Shown: positions 19,934 through 29,984 of the stretch, piece by piece
Layout: every line of letters starts with the position of its first letter
Position numbering within the stretch: the stretch's first letter is position 1
NCBI GenBank assembly: GCA_003697105.1
Contig: RFFQ01000173.1
Location: forward strand, 1,976 to 65,975
Direction: 5' to 3'
Source of the DNA: Gemmatimonadota bacterium
Lineage (GTDB): Bacteria > 4572-55 > J002
Length of the DNA: 64,000 nucleotides
Notes under the pieces: model-generated
Databases searched by the model: none
What the model saw: only the letters and a program-made list of their open reading frames with translations
What the model was told of the DNA's origin: nothing
Translations under genes and position numbers: made by a program

Positions 19934-21275
19934 TTAAGGGTATGATTTTATTGGCTTGCGTATCAACCGACCACTCGTAAATACGTGGTTTTTGGTGGGG
20001 GAGGTCAATTTGACATTCCACATGATACACATGAAGTTGTAAGCGATATGACCGCCATCTTTTTTTACCAGATTGTTGGGCAATCGCGTGCTGAATTTTC
20101 CCGTTTTGATACTGTTGTACCTGCCGGATAGCCTGATCTTCGGGGCGGTTAGGTTGGTGGTACTCACGTATATTGATTTGATCGATGATCGTTTGGGCGG
20201 CGGTGGCGGTTGGATCGTGTGTTAAAGCACGGCGGGCGGCATCTTTCGCCGCCGTGTACTGTTGGCGTTGCATTAGTGCGTTTGCCTGAGCGATCAAGCT
20301 ATCTGCCACAGCGATTTGGTGGCGTCGTTGGCTGACGTGTGCCAGATAATGCTGTGCGAGGGAATGATCGGGCTCGTACTGTAAAATCGTTTGGTATATC
20401 GCGGCGGCGGCTTCCACTTGGCGGCGCTGGTCATACGTCTTTGCGTGGTGCATTAACTGTTGCAGTACGGTGTTGGTGCGTTTCTGCGTGTTCTGTTCTA
20501 GGGTACTATCGATCCGTTTTGCCTGTTGATAGTCCGCGAGGGCGGGCTCTAATTCTCCAGATTCCAGATACCGGTTTCCCCGTTCCAAATAGGCGGTGGC
20601 TGATAAATGGCGAATCTCGTATTGGGTATCTCCCACCGTTTCCAGCAGGGGTTTCAGAAGATCGATTGCCTTTGTGAAATCGCCGCGGGCGATCTGTTGC
20701 CGGGCACGGCTGATGGCTTCCTGAACATCGGATTCTGGCACAAATGCCATGTGTTTCAGGCACTCTGCCTGCGGGTATTGTTGGCGAACCTGCTGTAATA
20801 CCTGTTGTGCTTTTTCCCGCTTATCTTGCGCCATTAGGAGCTGAATTTTCAGGCAGTAACCATCGGTGATGCGCGTGGTATGGCTATAATCTGCGATTAA
20901 GGTATTCAGATGTGTTGCCGCTACCTCTAAATGGTGGGCTTCATAGGCTTTCGTGGCAATTTGCCAGAGGCATTCTCCGATCTGCTCATCCGCGGCATCT
21001 GTATTGGCAAAATAGTATAAGTTCATGGCGGTGGAATAATCTTGCCGGGCAAAATAATCATCGGCGAGTTGCATATAACACCGGCTACGATTCTTTTTTG
21101 CGATTAGCACGTCTGGAGTTAGTTGGGGTGAGGAATGAATCCGGCGGGTATAATATTGGATGGCGGTAATACAATCCGTTTCTGGAGTGATCGCCACGGG
21201 AGAGGTCGCGCCACAGCCTTGCCATCCGAAACTGATCGCAAACAGGCTTAAAAGAAGGGTAATTCGGGTAATCAC
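19902..21275 (-). CDS. TPR-repeat lipoprotein
   Basis: Lipobox WQGC; multiple TPR helices (AYLERGNRYLESGELEPALADYQQAKRID). Confidence 0.8.
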   Translation of the reverse strand: MITRITLLLSLFAISFGWQGCGATSPVAITPETDCITAIQYYTRRIHSSPQLTPDVLIAKKNRSRCYMQLADDYFARQDYSTAMNLYYFANTDAADEQIGECLWQIATKAYEAHHLEVAATHLNTLIADYSHTTRITDGYCLKIQLLMAQDKREKAQQVLQQVRQQYPQAECLKHMAFVPESDVQEAISRARQQIARGDFTKAIDLLKPLLETVGDTQYEIRHLSATAYLERGNRYLESGELEPALADYQQAKRIDSTLEQNTQKRTNTVLQQLMHHAKTYDQRRQVEAAAAIYQTILQYEPDHSLAQHYLAHVSQRRHQIAVADSLIAQANALMQRQQYTAAKDAARRALTHDPTATAAQTIIDQINIREYHQPNRPEDQAIRQVQQYQNGKIQHAIAQQSGKKRWRSYRLQLHVYHVECQIDLPHQKPRIYEWSVDTQANKIIPLNEITEKITYQ

Positions 21276-21838
21276 GGAGTATGCGAGTAATTTTTCAGAA
21301 AAGAGAATAGCTCGGGGTAATCCTGCCCGATAATCAGCGTAACTTCTAGGAGCCGCGCCGGGTCTTGTTGTTGAATGACATTGTGAGATTTGATGGTTTT
21401 ACCGACTAATTCGGCAAAAGACCGGTCGCCAACCCGATCAATGATAACGGTTTCTTCATAATGAAAGCTCCGAGCATTATCAATATTGACGACATCAAAG
21501 CCATGATCCCGCAAATAATCTGTGACCGTTTTCGCGACACCGGGCAGACCGCATCCATTCAGCACTTCCACCCGTACCGGTTTCGGGCGCCCGTTTATAT
21601 CCATCTCTCGGGTGATAAACATAGGGTCAGATGAGGCTTCAGCAATGCTTTTATCGTTGGTGTTAAACAGGGATGCCATAGAACTTAAATGAATCTTTTC
21701 TGTGGCGGAGAAGGCATCCGGTTGGCCCGGCACGAAAGCTAAGAGGGTTCCACCCCCAACAAGTACCAAAACCAGACTCAACACAACCGTAACCCGCCCC
21801 TTTTTGCCTCGCATCCAATTTGATTTCTGAACCCACAT
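21272..21838 (-). CDS. LytR C-terminal domain protein with one TM segment
   Basis: VEVLNGCGLPGVA...LRDHGFDV...NA...VTLIIGQDY. ATG 21838 has a GGAG RBS; the ORF track extends to 21880. Confidence 0.85.
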   Translation of the reverse strand: MWVQKSNWMRGKKGRVTVVLSLVLVLVGGGTLLAFVPGQPDAFSATEKIHLSSMASLFNTNDKSIAEASSDPMFITREMDINGRPKPVRVEVLNGCGLPGVAKTVTDYLRDHGFDVVNIDNARSFHYEETVIIDRVGDRSFAELVGKTIKSHNVIQQQDPARLLEVTLIIGQDYPELFSFLKNYSHTP

Positions 21839-21892
21839 AGACAAACTCCAATTGATGATGTCGTGTATTGATGATTTCAACTCGTGAATATA

Positions 21893-21921
21893 AGTCTATC
21901 AGAATTTTATAGGAGTGTCAA
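21893..21921 (-). promoter_or_regulatory. Sigma70-type promoter for the LytR_C...accD-tRNA run
   Basis: TTGACA-N17-TAGACT on the minus strand. Confidence 0.6.
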
Positions 21922-21996
21922 TCATAAATTTTTAATAGGAGGGTTGCTTACCCGCCATCCCGTCTCCAAACGTTAAAACATCATCTGGAAATAACG

Positions 21997-22025
21997 TTGA
22001 CCGCGTGTAAGTAACATGCTATATT
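21997..22025 (+). promoter_or_regulatory. Sigma70-type promoter for folB-folK
   Basis: TTGACC-N17-TATATT with an extended -10 TG. Confidence 0.55.
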
Positions 22026-22080
22026 TTGCCACAGTCCAGCCAATCAATTTTAAATGAACCTAATGGGAAAAGGTCATCTT

Positions 22081-22437
22081 ATGGATAAAATCACTTTAAA
22101 AGGAATGCGCTTTTACGGCTATCACGGGGTGTATGAAGTTGAGCGGGAGATGGGTCAATTTTTTGAGGTCGATGTGGAATTGTATGGTGATTTTCGCCAG
22201 GCGGCAATTTCGGATGATCTGGCGGATACCATCGATTATGGTGCCATTTATGAGACCACCCAACATGCTATTACCACCCACAAATACAAATTATTAGAAG
22301 CCGTTGCCGAGCATATCGCCGGTGACATTATGGCCGGGCACGACGTGTCGAAAGTGTGTGTGCGGGTGCGTAAAAAAACCGTGCCGGTCCTGGGGTATCT
22401 GGACTATGTGGAAGCGGAAATCACCCGCGAACGATGA
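22081..22437 (+). CDS. folB: Dihydroneopterin aldolase
   Basis: MDKITLKGMRFYGYHGV..ERxxGQxF.VD, TIDY, LLEAVAE. Confidence 0.95.
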   Translation: MDKITLKGMRFYGYHGVYEVEREMGQFFEVDVELYGDFRQAAISDDLADTIDYGAIYETTQHAITTHKYKLLEAVAEHIAGDIMAGHDVSKVCVRVRKKTVPVLGYLDYVEAEITRER

Positions 22438-22895
22438 GCACGGTATATCTGGGTTTGGGGTCTAATGTGGGGGATCGGGGTCGCTTTTTGGCACAAGCGG
22501 TGACGGCATTAAACCAAACTCAAGGCATCTCCGTCCGCTGGTGTTCCCGCCTTGTAGAGACTTCCCCGCTCGGTGGAATGCCCCAACCGGCGTATCTGAA
22601 TGCGGTGGTTGAGGTGGCGACCTCGCTCCGGCCGGAAGCGTTGCTCCGCTGTATTCAGCGGATTGAAACCAGTTTAGGGCGCCGGCGAACTATCCGCTGG
22701 GGACCGCGCCCGATTGATATTGATATTCTGCTGTGGGAAGATCAGATTATCCGGTCTCCAGAATTGGTCATTCCCCACCCGGGCTTTCACCACCGCCCGT
22801 TTTTACTCCAGTTAATGATCGAGCGCCAACCGTTGATGAGACATCCGGTAGAACGATGTACCCTGTTTGAACTGTATCGATTATACAAAACCTAG
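22434..22895 (+). CDS. folK: 2-amino-4-hydroxy-6-hydroxymethyldihydropteridine diphosphokinase
   Basis: YLGLGSNVGDR, YLNAV, RWGPRPIDIDIL, IPHP. Confidence 0.95.
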   Translation: MSTVYLGLGSNVGDRGRFLAQAVTALNQTQGISVRWCSRLVETSPLGGMPQPAYLNAVVEVATSLRPEALLRCIQRIETSLGRRRTIRWGPRPIDIDILLWEDQIIRSPELVIPHPGFHHRPFLLQLMIERQPLMRHPVERCTLFELYRLYKT

Positions 22896-22934
22896 CTGCC
22901 ACGCCTTTTTTTGATGGTGGTTTATTTAATCCAT

Positions 22935-22968
22935 AAGCCTATTTTCGGAATGAAAATCGGGCTTTTTT
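22935..22968 (+). terminator. Intrinsic terminator
   Basis: AAGCCTATTTTC-loop-GAAAATCGGGCTT followed by a T run, after folK. Confidence 0.6.
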
Positions 22969-23047
22969 GGTGTTTGATATTACCTTACCGTGATATGCTT
23001 TGAAGTGTCTGCCGGTGGACTCAGCGTAAACCTCAAGGGAGGTCGTC

Positions 23048-24724
23048 ATGGAACAAACCCATCTTATCCTTCAAGAGCGATATGTCATCCAGACCGTTTT
23101 AGGGCGTGGTGGTTTTGCGACCACATATCTTGCGGAGGATACCCGCAGTGGGCATTCTGTCGCGATTAAATGCCTCTCTTTTGAGCACATTGACGAATGG
23201 AAAACGTGGGAACTTGCCGAACGGGAAGCCAAGGTATTAAAACATCTCCATCACCCGCAAATTCCAGATTACATTGACTTTTTTACGCGGGAACATTCGG
23301 ATCAGTTAGAGGTCTATTTAGTTCAGGAATTTGTGGAAGGCAAAAATCTGGCGCAATGGGTCAAAGAAGGTCGCCATTTTTCGGAAACCGAGGTGGTGCG
23401 TATAGCGCTAAGTCTTGCCGGTGTGCTAGAATATCTCCAACACCGTTCGCCACCCATTATCCACCGGGACATTAAGCCCAGCAACATCATCCTTACTTAT
23501 GATAATCGACCCTATTTGATTGATTTTGGAGCGGTACGGGATCAACTGCTTTCCGAACGCACGCGCTTGATGGGAGGTGTGACGATTGTCGGAACCTATG
23601 GTTACATGCCCCTTGAGCAATTTGAGGGTCGTCCAGTACCAAACTCGGATATTTTTTCTTTAGGGATGACCTTAATCTATTTGCTTTCTCATCGGGAACC
23701 GGCAGACATCGATAAAAAGGGTTTAAAACTGAATTTCCGGCCGGTAGTGCATATTTCGGCAGGGTTTGCGCGCATCCTTGACAAGATGATCGAACCGGAT
23801 CACACCCGGCGATATCCCAGTGCCACTGCGCTCAAACGAGATTTAGAAAACCTGCAACAGCGCCGGGTGCCCTATATACCGGTTGGAACACCTAAATTTT
23901 GGTTACCGGTGCTGGGGGTTATCCTCCTATTTTTGGTGCTGATGGTGCGTCCGGATAGACCGCCGGTCGCGCCGGAAGATACACCCTCTACCTCTAACAT
24001 CACACGACAATCAAGCCGGTCAACAGAAAATACCCCCGCGCCTGAATATAAGCCCACCATCCCCGAAGGCAATCCAGTGGTAAAGGGGCAGTTGAGGTTT
24101 GATGGCCAACCGGTTCACCGCCTAACATCCGCAATTCCCCGATTTTGGTTTCGGAATGAAGATTCTGGCAAAGCATATACGGCGAATGCAGTCTATTTAG
24201 GAGAGAGCCAATTTGCGATTTACGACTTACCGGCAGGGCGATTTGGTATCAGTGTCAACATCGACGCAAACCCAGCGAATCCGTCCAGTTATCCGGGGGA
24301 TTTTCGGGCATGGGAGGTGTTTCAGGTGACAGAGCAGAGACCTCTTTATTTAGAGATTGACCTGCAACAGATCATTCGCCTGCTTGCCCCTCAGGATAAT
24401 GATCGAGTCCTCAAAGGGTGGGGTGCTGTTTGTGATAACGAGGTTGTGATCACTTCTCCGGTCACGTTTCGCTGGGAGTCTTTGGGAGAAGGGGTGTACT
24501 ACGATTATGCGATTCAATTGATCGGTTGCCCTTATGAATCCAAACGATCCATTGCCGGGGAGACCACACCCCGCACCACCCTTGAACTTAATTTACCCCC
24601 GAACGCCGCCAATGAATTTTATTTACTGACCCTATATGCTCGCAAAAATGGGCGCCGGATTGGCATGTTAATGACCCATGGCGCTAATGGGTATGGCTGG
24701 GATTATCGATTTAGAGTCCGCTAA
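23048..24724 (+). CDS. Hanks-type Ser/Thr protein kinase with a TM helix and an extracytoplasmic C-terminal domain
   Basis: GRGGFATTY, VAIK, IHRDIKPSN, DFG, GTYGYMPLEQ; TM FWLPVLGVILLFLVLMV; GGAGG RBS. Confidence 0.92.
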   Translation: MEQTHLILQERYVIQTVLGRGGFATTYLAEDTRSGHSVAIKCLSFEHIDEWKTWELAEREAKVLKHLHHPQIPDYIDFFTREHSDQLEVYLVQEFVEGKNLAQWVKEGRHFSETEVVRIALSLAGVLEYLQHRSPPIIHRDIKPSNIILTYDNRPYLIDFGAVRDQLLSERTRLMGGVTIVGTYGYMPLEQFEGRPVPNSDIFSLGMTLIYLLSHREPADIDKKGLKLNFRPVVHISAGFARILDKMIEPDHTRRYPSATALKRDLENLQQRRVPYIPVGTPKFWLPVLGVILLFLVLMVRPDRPPVAPEDTPSTSNITRQSSRSTENTPAPEYKPTIPEGNPVVKGQLRFDGQPVHRLTSAIPRFWFRNEDSGKAYTANAVYLGESQFAIYDLPAGRFGISVNIDANPANPSSYPGDFRAWEVFQVTEQRPLYLEIDLQQIIRLLAPQDNDRVLKGWGAVCDNEVVITSPVTFRWESLGEGVYYDYAIQLIGCPYESKRSIAGETTPRTTLELNLPPNAANEFYLLTLYARKNGRRIGMLMTHGANGYGWDYRFRVR

Positions 24725-24742
24725 ATCGATGCCGTTTGGCGA

Positions 24743-26179
24743 CTATTCGATCAATTCCGCGTAATGGACATACCGGTTGAGAATCTGATCAACGTAATTG
24801 ACCGGCTCTTCCCCCCGGCAATAGCCATATTCAACCACATCATCGTTGTAGTAGGCTTCTTTGGATTTTAGCTGGAGGAAGTAGCTCACGTTATTTTCCC
24901 AGACATTGGGGTTTTTACCATATTTTATGGCTAAGCGGCGTGCATCCTCCACATGCCCTACTCCGGCATTATACGAGGCGAGTACAAATTTTAGGCGCTC
25001 GGTTGAATCCGGGATCGATTCTGCCCAATACGCCGTGAGCCATTTGAGAAAATTTGTACCGGCAGTGATATTTTGACGGGGGTCCCATAAATCCCGGGCT
25101 CCAAATTTCCGGCCCGTTCGGGGCATCAGTTGCATTAGACCCGTTGCCCCCGCCCACGAACGGGCATTGGGATTAAATTGTGATTCCTGATAGATTTGAG
25201 CCGCCAACAAGCGCCAATCCCACCGGAGTTCGTCCGCTTTGGCTTTGAGCAGGTCATCATATTTGGAAATCCGCCCGCTGATTTTGGCAAAATAGTCACT
25301 ATCTAACCGTTGCCGAAAGGCTCTTCGATTTTTGTAATACTTGTTGTAAACTACGTTATAAAGCGTGGTTCGCCGGTTTCTTGCCAACCAAGCATTGATT
25401 GAATCCAATAAGACCGGTGCATTTTTTCGCACGCCCCAGGCAATTTGTTGCTCCAAGCTCACTGGTGTCGCCGCATCAATATTGGTATAATATCCCTGAT
25501 TGATGTAGGCGATGTTTTCATCGGTGACCGTATAATCAATCACCCCCTCGGAAACCTGCCGGATTAAGTCCTCTACGGATGCGCTGTCGGGCGCATACTG
25601 GATATTAATATCTCCCCCAATTTCTTCGGAGAGGGTTTTTAAGCGGGTTTCAAATGCCGACCCCCGTTTGACATAGACGGTTTTACCGATGAGATCTATC
25701 GGACTGCGGATCAGTTTGCGCTCCAGCTCGTACTCACGCATTTGCTCCCAACCATCCGGCTTTCGTTGTACCAATACTTGGCGGCTTGTCAGCAGTCGAT
25801 CGGTGAATTGGATCCGTTTGGCGCGTTCTTTGGTGACGGTTAAATTCGCCGCGATTATATCACCTTCCCCCGTATTGAGTTTGTGGATTGCCTCGCTGAG
25901 GTTTTTAACAATCACAATTTTCAATTTTACCCCGAGATGTTCCGCCAGAATGTTCAGCATCTCATAATCATATCCCATCACCTGCCCTTTGTAGATAAAA
26001 TAACTCGTCGCACTATATCCGGTAATGCCGATTAGTTCCCCCCGGGCTTGGATTTCAGGTAGGTCAATCTGGACGTGGGGGGGAGAAGAGGTCGTTTCCT
26101 GTTTGGGTTCGGATAGAGCAAGGATGGCAATGATGATGAATGCTGAAGCCAACACGTTCCGGATCATTTGCGCCTCCAT
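24743..26179 (-). CDS. mltF: Membrane-bound lytic murein transglycosylase F
   Basis: N-terminal SBP_bac_3-like domain (YFIYKGQVMGYDYE, ANLTVTKER) plus SLT domain (YQESQF, GATGLMQL, LASYNAG). Confidence 0.88.
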   Translation of the reverse strand: MEAQMIRNVLASAFIIIAILALSEPKQETTSSPPHVQIDLPEIQARGELIGITGYSATSYFIYKGQVMGYDYEMLNILAEHLGVKLKIVIVKNLSEAIHKLNTGEGDIIAANLTVTKERAKRIQFTDRLLTSRQVLVQRKPDGWEQMREYELERKLIRSPIDLIGKTVYVKRGSAFETRLKTLSEEIGGDINIQYAPDSASVEDLIRQVSEGVIDYTVTDENIAYINQGYYTNIDAATPVSLEQQIAWGVRKNAPVLLDSINAWLARNRRTTLYNVVYNKYYKNRRAFRQRLDSDYFAKISGRISKYDDLLKAKADELRWDWRLLAAQIYQESQFNPNARSWAGATGLMQLMPRTGRKFGARDLWDPRQNITAGTNFLKWLTAYWAESIPDSTERLKFVLASYNAGVGHVEDARRLAIKYGKNPNVWENNVSYFLQLKSKEAYYNDDVVEYGYCRGEEPVNYVDQILNRYVHYAELIE

Positions 26180-26270
26180 TATGTGGGAACCGGTGTTGTG
26201 AATTTCAGCAGAATAGCGCGATTAATATTTGGGATTCGGGGTAAAATGTCAAGATAAACTTGGCAAGATC

Positions 26271-26306
26271 AAAAATGCCCTATCCATCCTGAGATCAATA
26301 GGGCAT
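26271..26306 (-). terminator. Intrinsic terminator
   Basis: ATGCCCTAT/ATAGGGCAT stem followed by a T run on the minus strand, downstream of the stop at 26332. Confidence 0.6.
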
Positions 26307-26331
26307 GGAAGATTCTGTTTTACTGAAGAGG

Positions 26332-28092
26332 CTACTGGTTTAGGATAAAATATACGTAGTCATCAAGAAGTGGCGCACCTCCCGGGTCGGTGGCGATAAC
26401 TTCCACCCGCCAGTCCGGGTAGATGGTTGAAGTTAGCGTTCGGGTGACGGTGCGGATCGTGGCATTAGTGGTATTGATGGCAATTAAATCCCACGTTTGA
26501 GTATCGCTATTGTAATTTCGCCAACGGACGGTAAATCCATCAACGTTATCCAATTGCACTTCCCACCGTACCGTCACCGGATTATCCACCATTTCACCAT
26601 CTTGTGGCTGGATAATGTGCAGGTAGGACTCCGATTGAACTAGGGTAAAGTTGACCTGATCCGCATCGAGAACATTACCGTCTATATCGTAACCGGATAC
26701 GGTTGCCCGGAATTCCGTGATCGTTTCCGGCAACTCAATGTGAAAACTGTCGGCTTCCGTGGTTTCCTGCGTGATGATACCCCACTCACCGTTCTGATTT
26801 CCTTCGATCACGATACCAAAATAGCTCAAGTCCATTCCTGAACTCCCCCAGTGGAAGGTGACCGGATTCGTTACTTCGGCGTTCTCATCGGGTTCGGTAA
26901 TCTGGACGGTATGACTCAGGGGGCTATTGGCGACCTGACGCCAGTCACTATCTGCGGGTTCGCCACCAATTCCGTTATTATTCTGATCGAGCGGGTAGCC
27001 CGTTTGGCTCATAATCGTAGCGGACAGCCACACTTCCGCGACATCGCTTATCGGCGAGGGGTAATAATAATGAAAGCCACGTAGGTCACTATCAATGGTG
27101 ATCGAGCCATAGATCCATTCAGTTTGCTGGCGTACCCGAATATTGGCGGTTGTCAGTGTGGCGACATCCATCTTTTGATCGAACCGTAACCGGAATCCAA
27201 TATCATTTGTCAATAGGCGTATGCCGGCAACTGTCGGATACAGTTGTTCATCTGCTACTAAAAATTTCCATTCCAGATTTTCCGTGTAAGGGTAGTAGCG
27301 GTTATTGCGTCGTTCCATTAGGGGATTCCCACTGGTATCCTGCATGGCACTAACGTTCACACTGACGTGGTAGGTAGTATTATTTTGGAGCGGATCGACC
27401 GGTTCAAAGCGCACTGTAGTGTTGGAGAGCGTGATGCGTTCCAAAGGTACCAGTTCCGTCCCTTCGGCAAAGAGTTTGACCGTATTGGTGTTCAGGTAGG
27501 TGGTATCCATGGGACCGCCGGCAAACCGAAGTTGGATGATCGGGCGTCGGTCGGTCATCCGTCTTTCAGTGGGAGTCTGGTCGGTTAGGTACGGGTACTC
27601 AATATCACGCAGACCCAGTTCGCCCCCGGCGGTGAAAAAGGTTGTCCGAAAATAGTCGAGTGGGGGTGCATCGATTTGCCCGTTGTCGTTGCCGTCCAAT
27701 GGGTTTCCAGCAATATCTTTGGCAGAATCTTGAATCGTCAGGATGAATGCACCTTGGGGTAGGGAGGCATCCGGGATAAAGGTTAACGTATAGGTGGGCA
27801 CATGGTAGCTCAGCTCACCGGTGACCGGTCCCACATTGAGATCACCAGCCGTTTGATAGACGCTCACGGTGGTCTGATTCAACGTTTCGGGGTTCATAGC
27901 TTCCGAAAACTGGACGACCAATTTGGCATACGGGGTGACCTCCCCGGAGGTGGCATTGACCACAGTTGGAGACACTTTATCGGTCAGACCCGCAAGGTCT
28001 CCTGGATCGGAGTCTGGGTGTAACGGGTTATCTTCCTGACTGCAACCCGCCACCAGCATCACCGTGAGTAAAATCGTGATTATCTGCTTCAT
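26332..28092 (-). CDS. Lipoprotein with tandem Ig-like (Big_5/SbsA-like) domains
   Basis: Lipobox LVAGC; repeated F(S)E.M...T(L)N..(T)V and KDIAGNPL / QDTSGNPL; DGNDNG and DQNNNG loops; GGAGG RBS. Confidence 0.8.
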   Translation of the reverse strand: MKQIITILLTVMLVAGCSQEDNPLHPDSDPGDLAGLTDKVSPTVVNATSGEVTPYAKLVVQFSEAMNPETLNQTTVSVYQTAGDLNVGPVTGELSYHVPTYTLTFIPDASLPQGAFILTIQDSAKDIAGNPLDGNDNGQIDAPPLDYFRTTFFTAGGELGLRDIEYPYLTDQTPTERRMTDRRPIIQLRFAGGPMDTTYLNTNTVKLFAEGTELVPLERITLSNTTVRFEPVDPLQNNTTYHVSVNVSAMQDTSGNPLMERRNNRYYPYTENLEWKFLVADEQLYPTVAGIRLLTNDIGFRLRFDQKMDVATLTTANIRVRQQTEWIYGSITIDSDLRGFHYYYPSPISDVAEVWLSATIMSQTGYPLDQNNNGIGGEPADSDWRQVANSPLSHTVQITEPDENAEVTNPVTFHWGSSGMDLSYFGIVIEGNQNGEWGIITQETTEADSFHIELPETITEFRATVSGYDIDGNVLDADQVNFTLVQSESYLHIIQPQDGEMVDNPVTVRWEVQLDNVDGFTVRWRNYNSDTQTWDLIAINTTNATIRTVTRTLTSTIYPDWRVEVIATDPGGAPLLDDYVYFILNQ

Positions 28093-28105
28093 GGTGTCGT
28101 CCTCC

Positions 28106-29797
28106 CTAGAATTTGATCGTTGCCGATAGTTGCCATGCCGATAGATCGGTCAATTTGGCAAAACCCATCAGATCGATTTGAAAATTGGTATTGACGTGAT
28201 ATCCGGCGCCATAAGTGTATTCGGTGTGAGTCATCGTGGTATTGTGTTTTTCAGATGTTCCCGTTTGGACTTCGTATGCTTCAGGTTGAATAGAACTCAC
28301 AACGCGCCCATCACCGTAGGTTATCACTTGCAAAGGTGGTTCGTTTAATTCAAACTGACGGGTAAGGGTCTCTTTGCGGGTGGTGATCGTGTGAAGTGCA
28401 CCTAGCCGTAAATCGATTTTCTTTGTCAAGGCAAATTCCATGGCTACCGGTAGTTTTAGCACTGTTTCGGCAGTGGTTTGTTTGGTGCTTTCTATCTCAT
28501 GTGCGATAACTTCTTCTGCCGAATCATCCCCGTCATTGGGTTCATTATCGCCATCATTTACTGTGGTTGTGTTGTAAACGTGGCGATTAAAGGTTTGCTC
28601 AAATGTCTCTTTGCCGGTGGTGACTCCGAAACCATAGGCAAATTTTGCCCGGTCGATGAACCTATAAACGGTGCGGGTATAAAATGTAACCTCATCCCGG
28701 CTCAAATCACCCTTGATGCTGGCGGAATCGTTCTCAGTTGTTCGGGTAAATTGATCGAATTCCCCAAGGGTGTACCATTCTTCTGAGACATGTGACCTGT
28801 AGATTTTAGCATCGCTATCCACGTCACCGGAGGAATGTTTCCACAGCAGGTCCACCCACGTCGTTTGGTTTGCACTCCAATGGTATTGTGCATTTACTCC
28901 AAGATAAAAATCCATGATCGAAAGCGGCATCTGTTGATCGGTGGCGGAGGACGCATGGGTATGATCCCGCAAGAGTGTATCTGCCGGAGCGCGATTCTGC
29001 CATTCTTCACTCCATTGATAATCTTGTTGTTCTGTCGATTGGAATCCTAAGCCGATTTGTCCCCCGAAACGCATATAAGACGAATATTCCTGTCTCACTG
29101 ACGCGACGAATAGATGCTCGTCTTGGCTGGTTTTATACAGTTCCTCTTGCGATTGTCTTTCGGAGGTGGTGACCTGATTCCATACTAGCTGGGTTAGAGT
29201 CTGCTGTTCGGAAAAAGAGCGTGGGGTTTCTTCTGTCTGGGTGCGGTATTTATAGAGCAGTCCAAAACGGGTGTACATGATAGCATTGGCATAGCCGAGG
29301 AACATCTCACGGGTAGAACGTTCTTGCCGGGCATTGGCGCGTGCCTCAATGTCGGTTCGCATGTCATACGTGGAGTGATCCCCATTCTCATCGCTCCAGA
29401 TGGTACGGATGGACTCGCTTTCACCGTATTGCCCCAGTGCATTTTCCAATAATTCCTCAAATCGGGAGGTGTTATACAGTAAACCACCACTACCAAATAT
29501 GAAATGTCCCGATCCTCCCAACAGATAGGCGTTTTCACTTTGATTATCCGAAAATTGAGTCTCGCTACCGCTAACCAGATTACTCAGGTTGGTATAAACT
29601 CGCATTCCGTCAATATAGGTCAATCCGACCGGATTTGCCAGCAATCCCGGCGAGTTATTAAGCCAAAGATCGAGGTCATCATCCAATAACCCCGCCGTAG
29701 CTTGCCGCCGGAATGATTCCCCGACCCAGGCATCTACCGGTGTAAACCACATACTGATCACCCAGATGACCAGTATGACGCATTTAATATTGCCCAT
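28106..29797 (-). CDS. Probable outer-membrane beta-barrel protein with long loops
   Basis: Signal peptide (VDA), N-terminal NPVGL, amphipathic strands, C-terminal WQLSATIKF. ATG 29797 has a GGAGG RBS. Confidence 0.7.
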   Translation of the reverse strand: MGNIKCVILVIWVISMWFTPVDAWVGESFRRQATAGLLDDDLDLWLNNSPGLLANPVGLTYIDGMRVYTNLSNLVSGSETQFSDNQSENAYLLGGSGHFIFGSGGLLYNTSRFEELLENALGQYGESESIRTIWSDENGDHSTYDMRTDIEARANARQERSTREMFLGYANAIMYTRFGLLYKYRTQTEETPRSFSEQQTLTQLVWNQVTTSERQSQEELYKTSQDEHLFVASVRQEYSSYMRFGGQIGLGFQSTEQQDYQWSEEWQNRAPADTLLRDHTHASSATDQQMPLSIMDFYLGVNAQYHWSANQTTWVDLLWKHSSGDVDSDAKIYRSHVSEEWYTLGEFDQFTRTTENDSASIKGDLSRDEVTFYTRTVYRFIDRAKFAYGFGVTTGKETFEQTFNRHVYNTTTVNDGDNEPNDGDDSAEEVIAHEIESTKQTTAETVLKLPVAMEFALTKKIDLRLGALHTITTRKETLTRQFELNEPPLQVITYGDGRVVSSIQPEAYEVQTGTSEKHNTTMTHTEYTYGAGYHVNTNFQIDLMGFAKLTDLSAWQLSATIKF

Positions 29798-29871
29798 GAT
29801 ATAAACCTCCCTGTGGTGTGAATTAAAATTTATTGCGCTCATCGCAAACGGTTTCCTGCTAATTGCCTATA

Positions 29872-29901
29872 ATTTTAGCATATTTGGAAAGTTAGTGTCA
29901 A
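29872..29901 (-). promoter_or_regulatory. Sigma70-type promoter for the barrel/Ig-lipoprotein pair
   Basis: TTGACA-N18-TAAAAT with an extended -10 TG. Confidence 0.6.
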
Positions 29902-29915
29902 CCGGTTAATCGCAC

Positions 29916-29953
29916 AAAAAAACTCCCTCTCATCAAATTGGGAGAGGGAGTTT
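29916..29953 (-). terminator. Intrinsic terminator
   Basis: Perfect AAACTCCCTCTC/GAGAGGGAGTTT stem ending in a T7 run on the minus strand. Confidence 0.85.
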
Positions 29954-29984
29954 GGGATTTTTTTATCAATGCTACTGATGTGGG

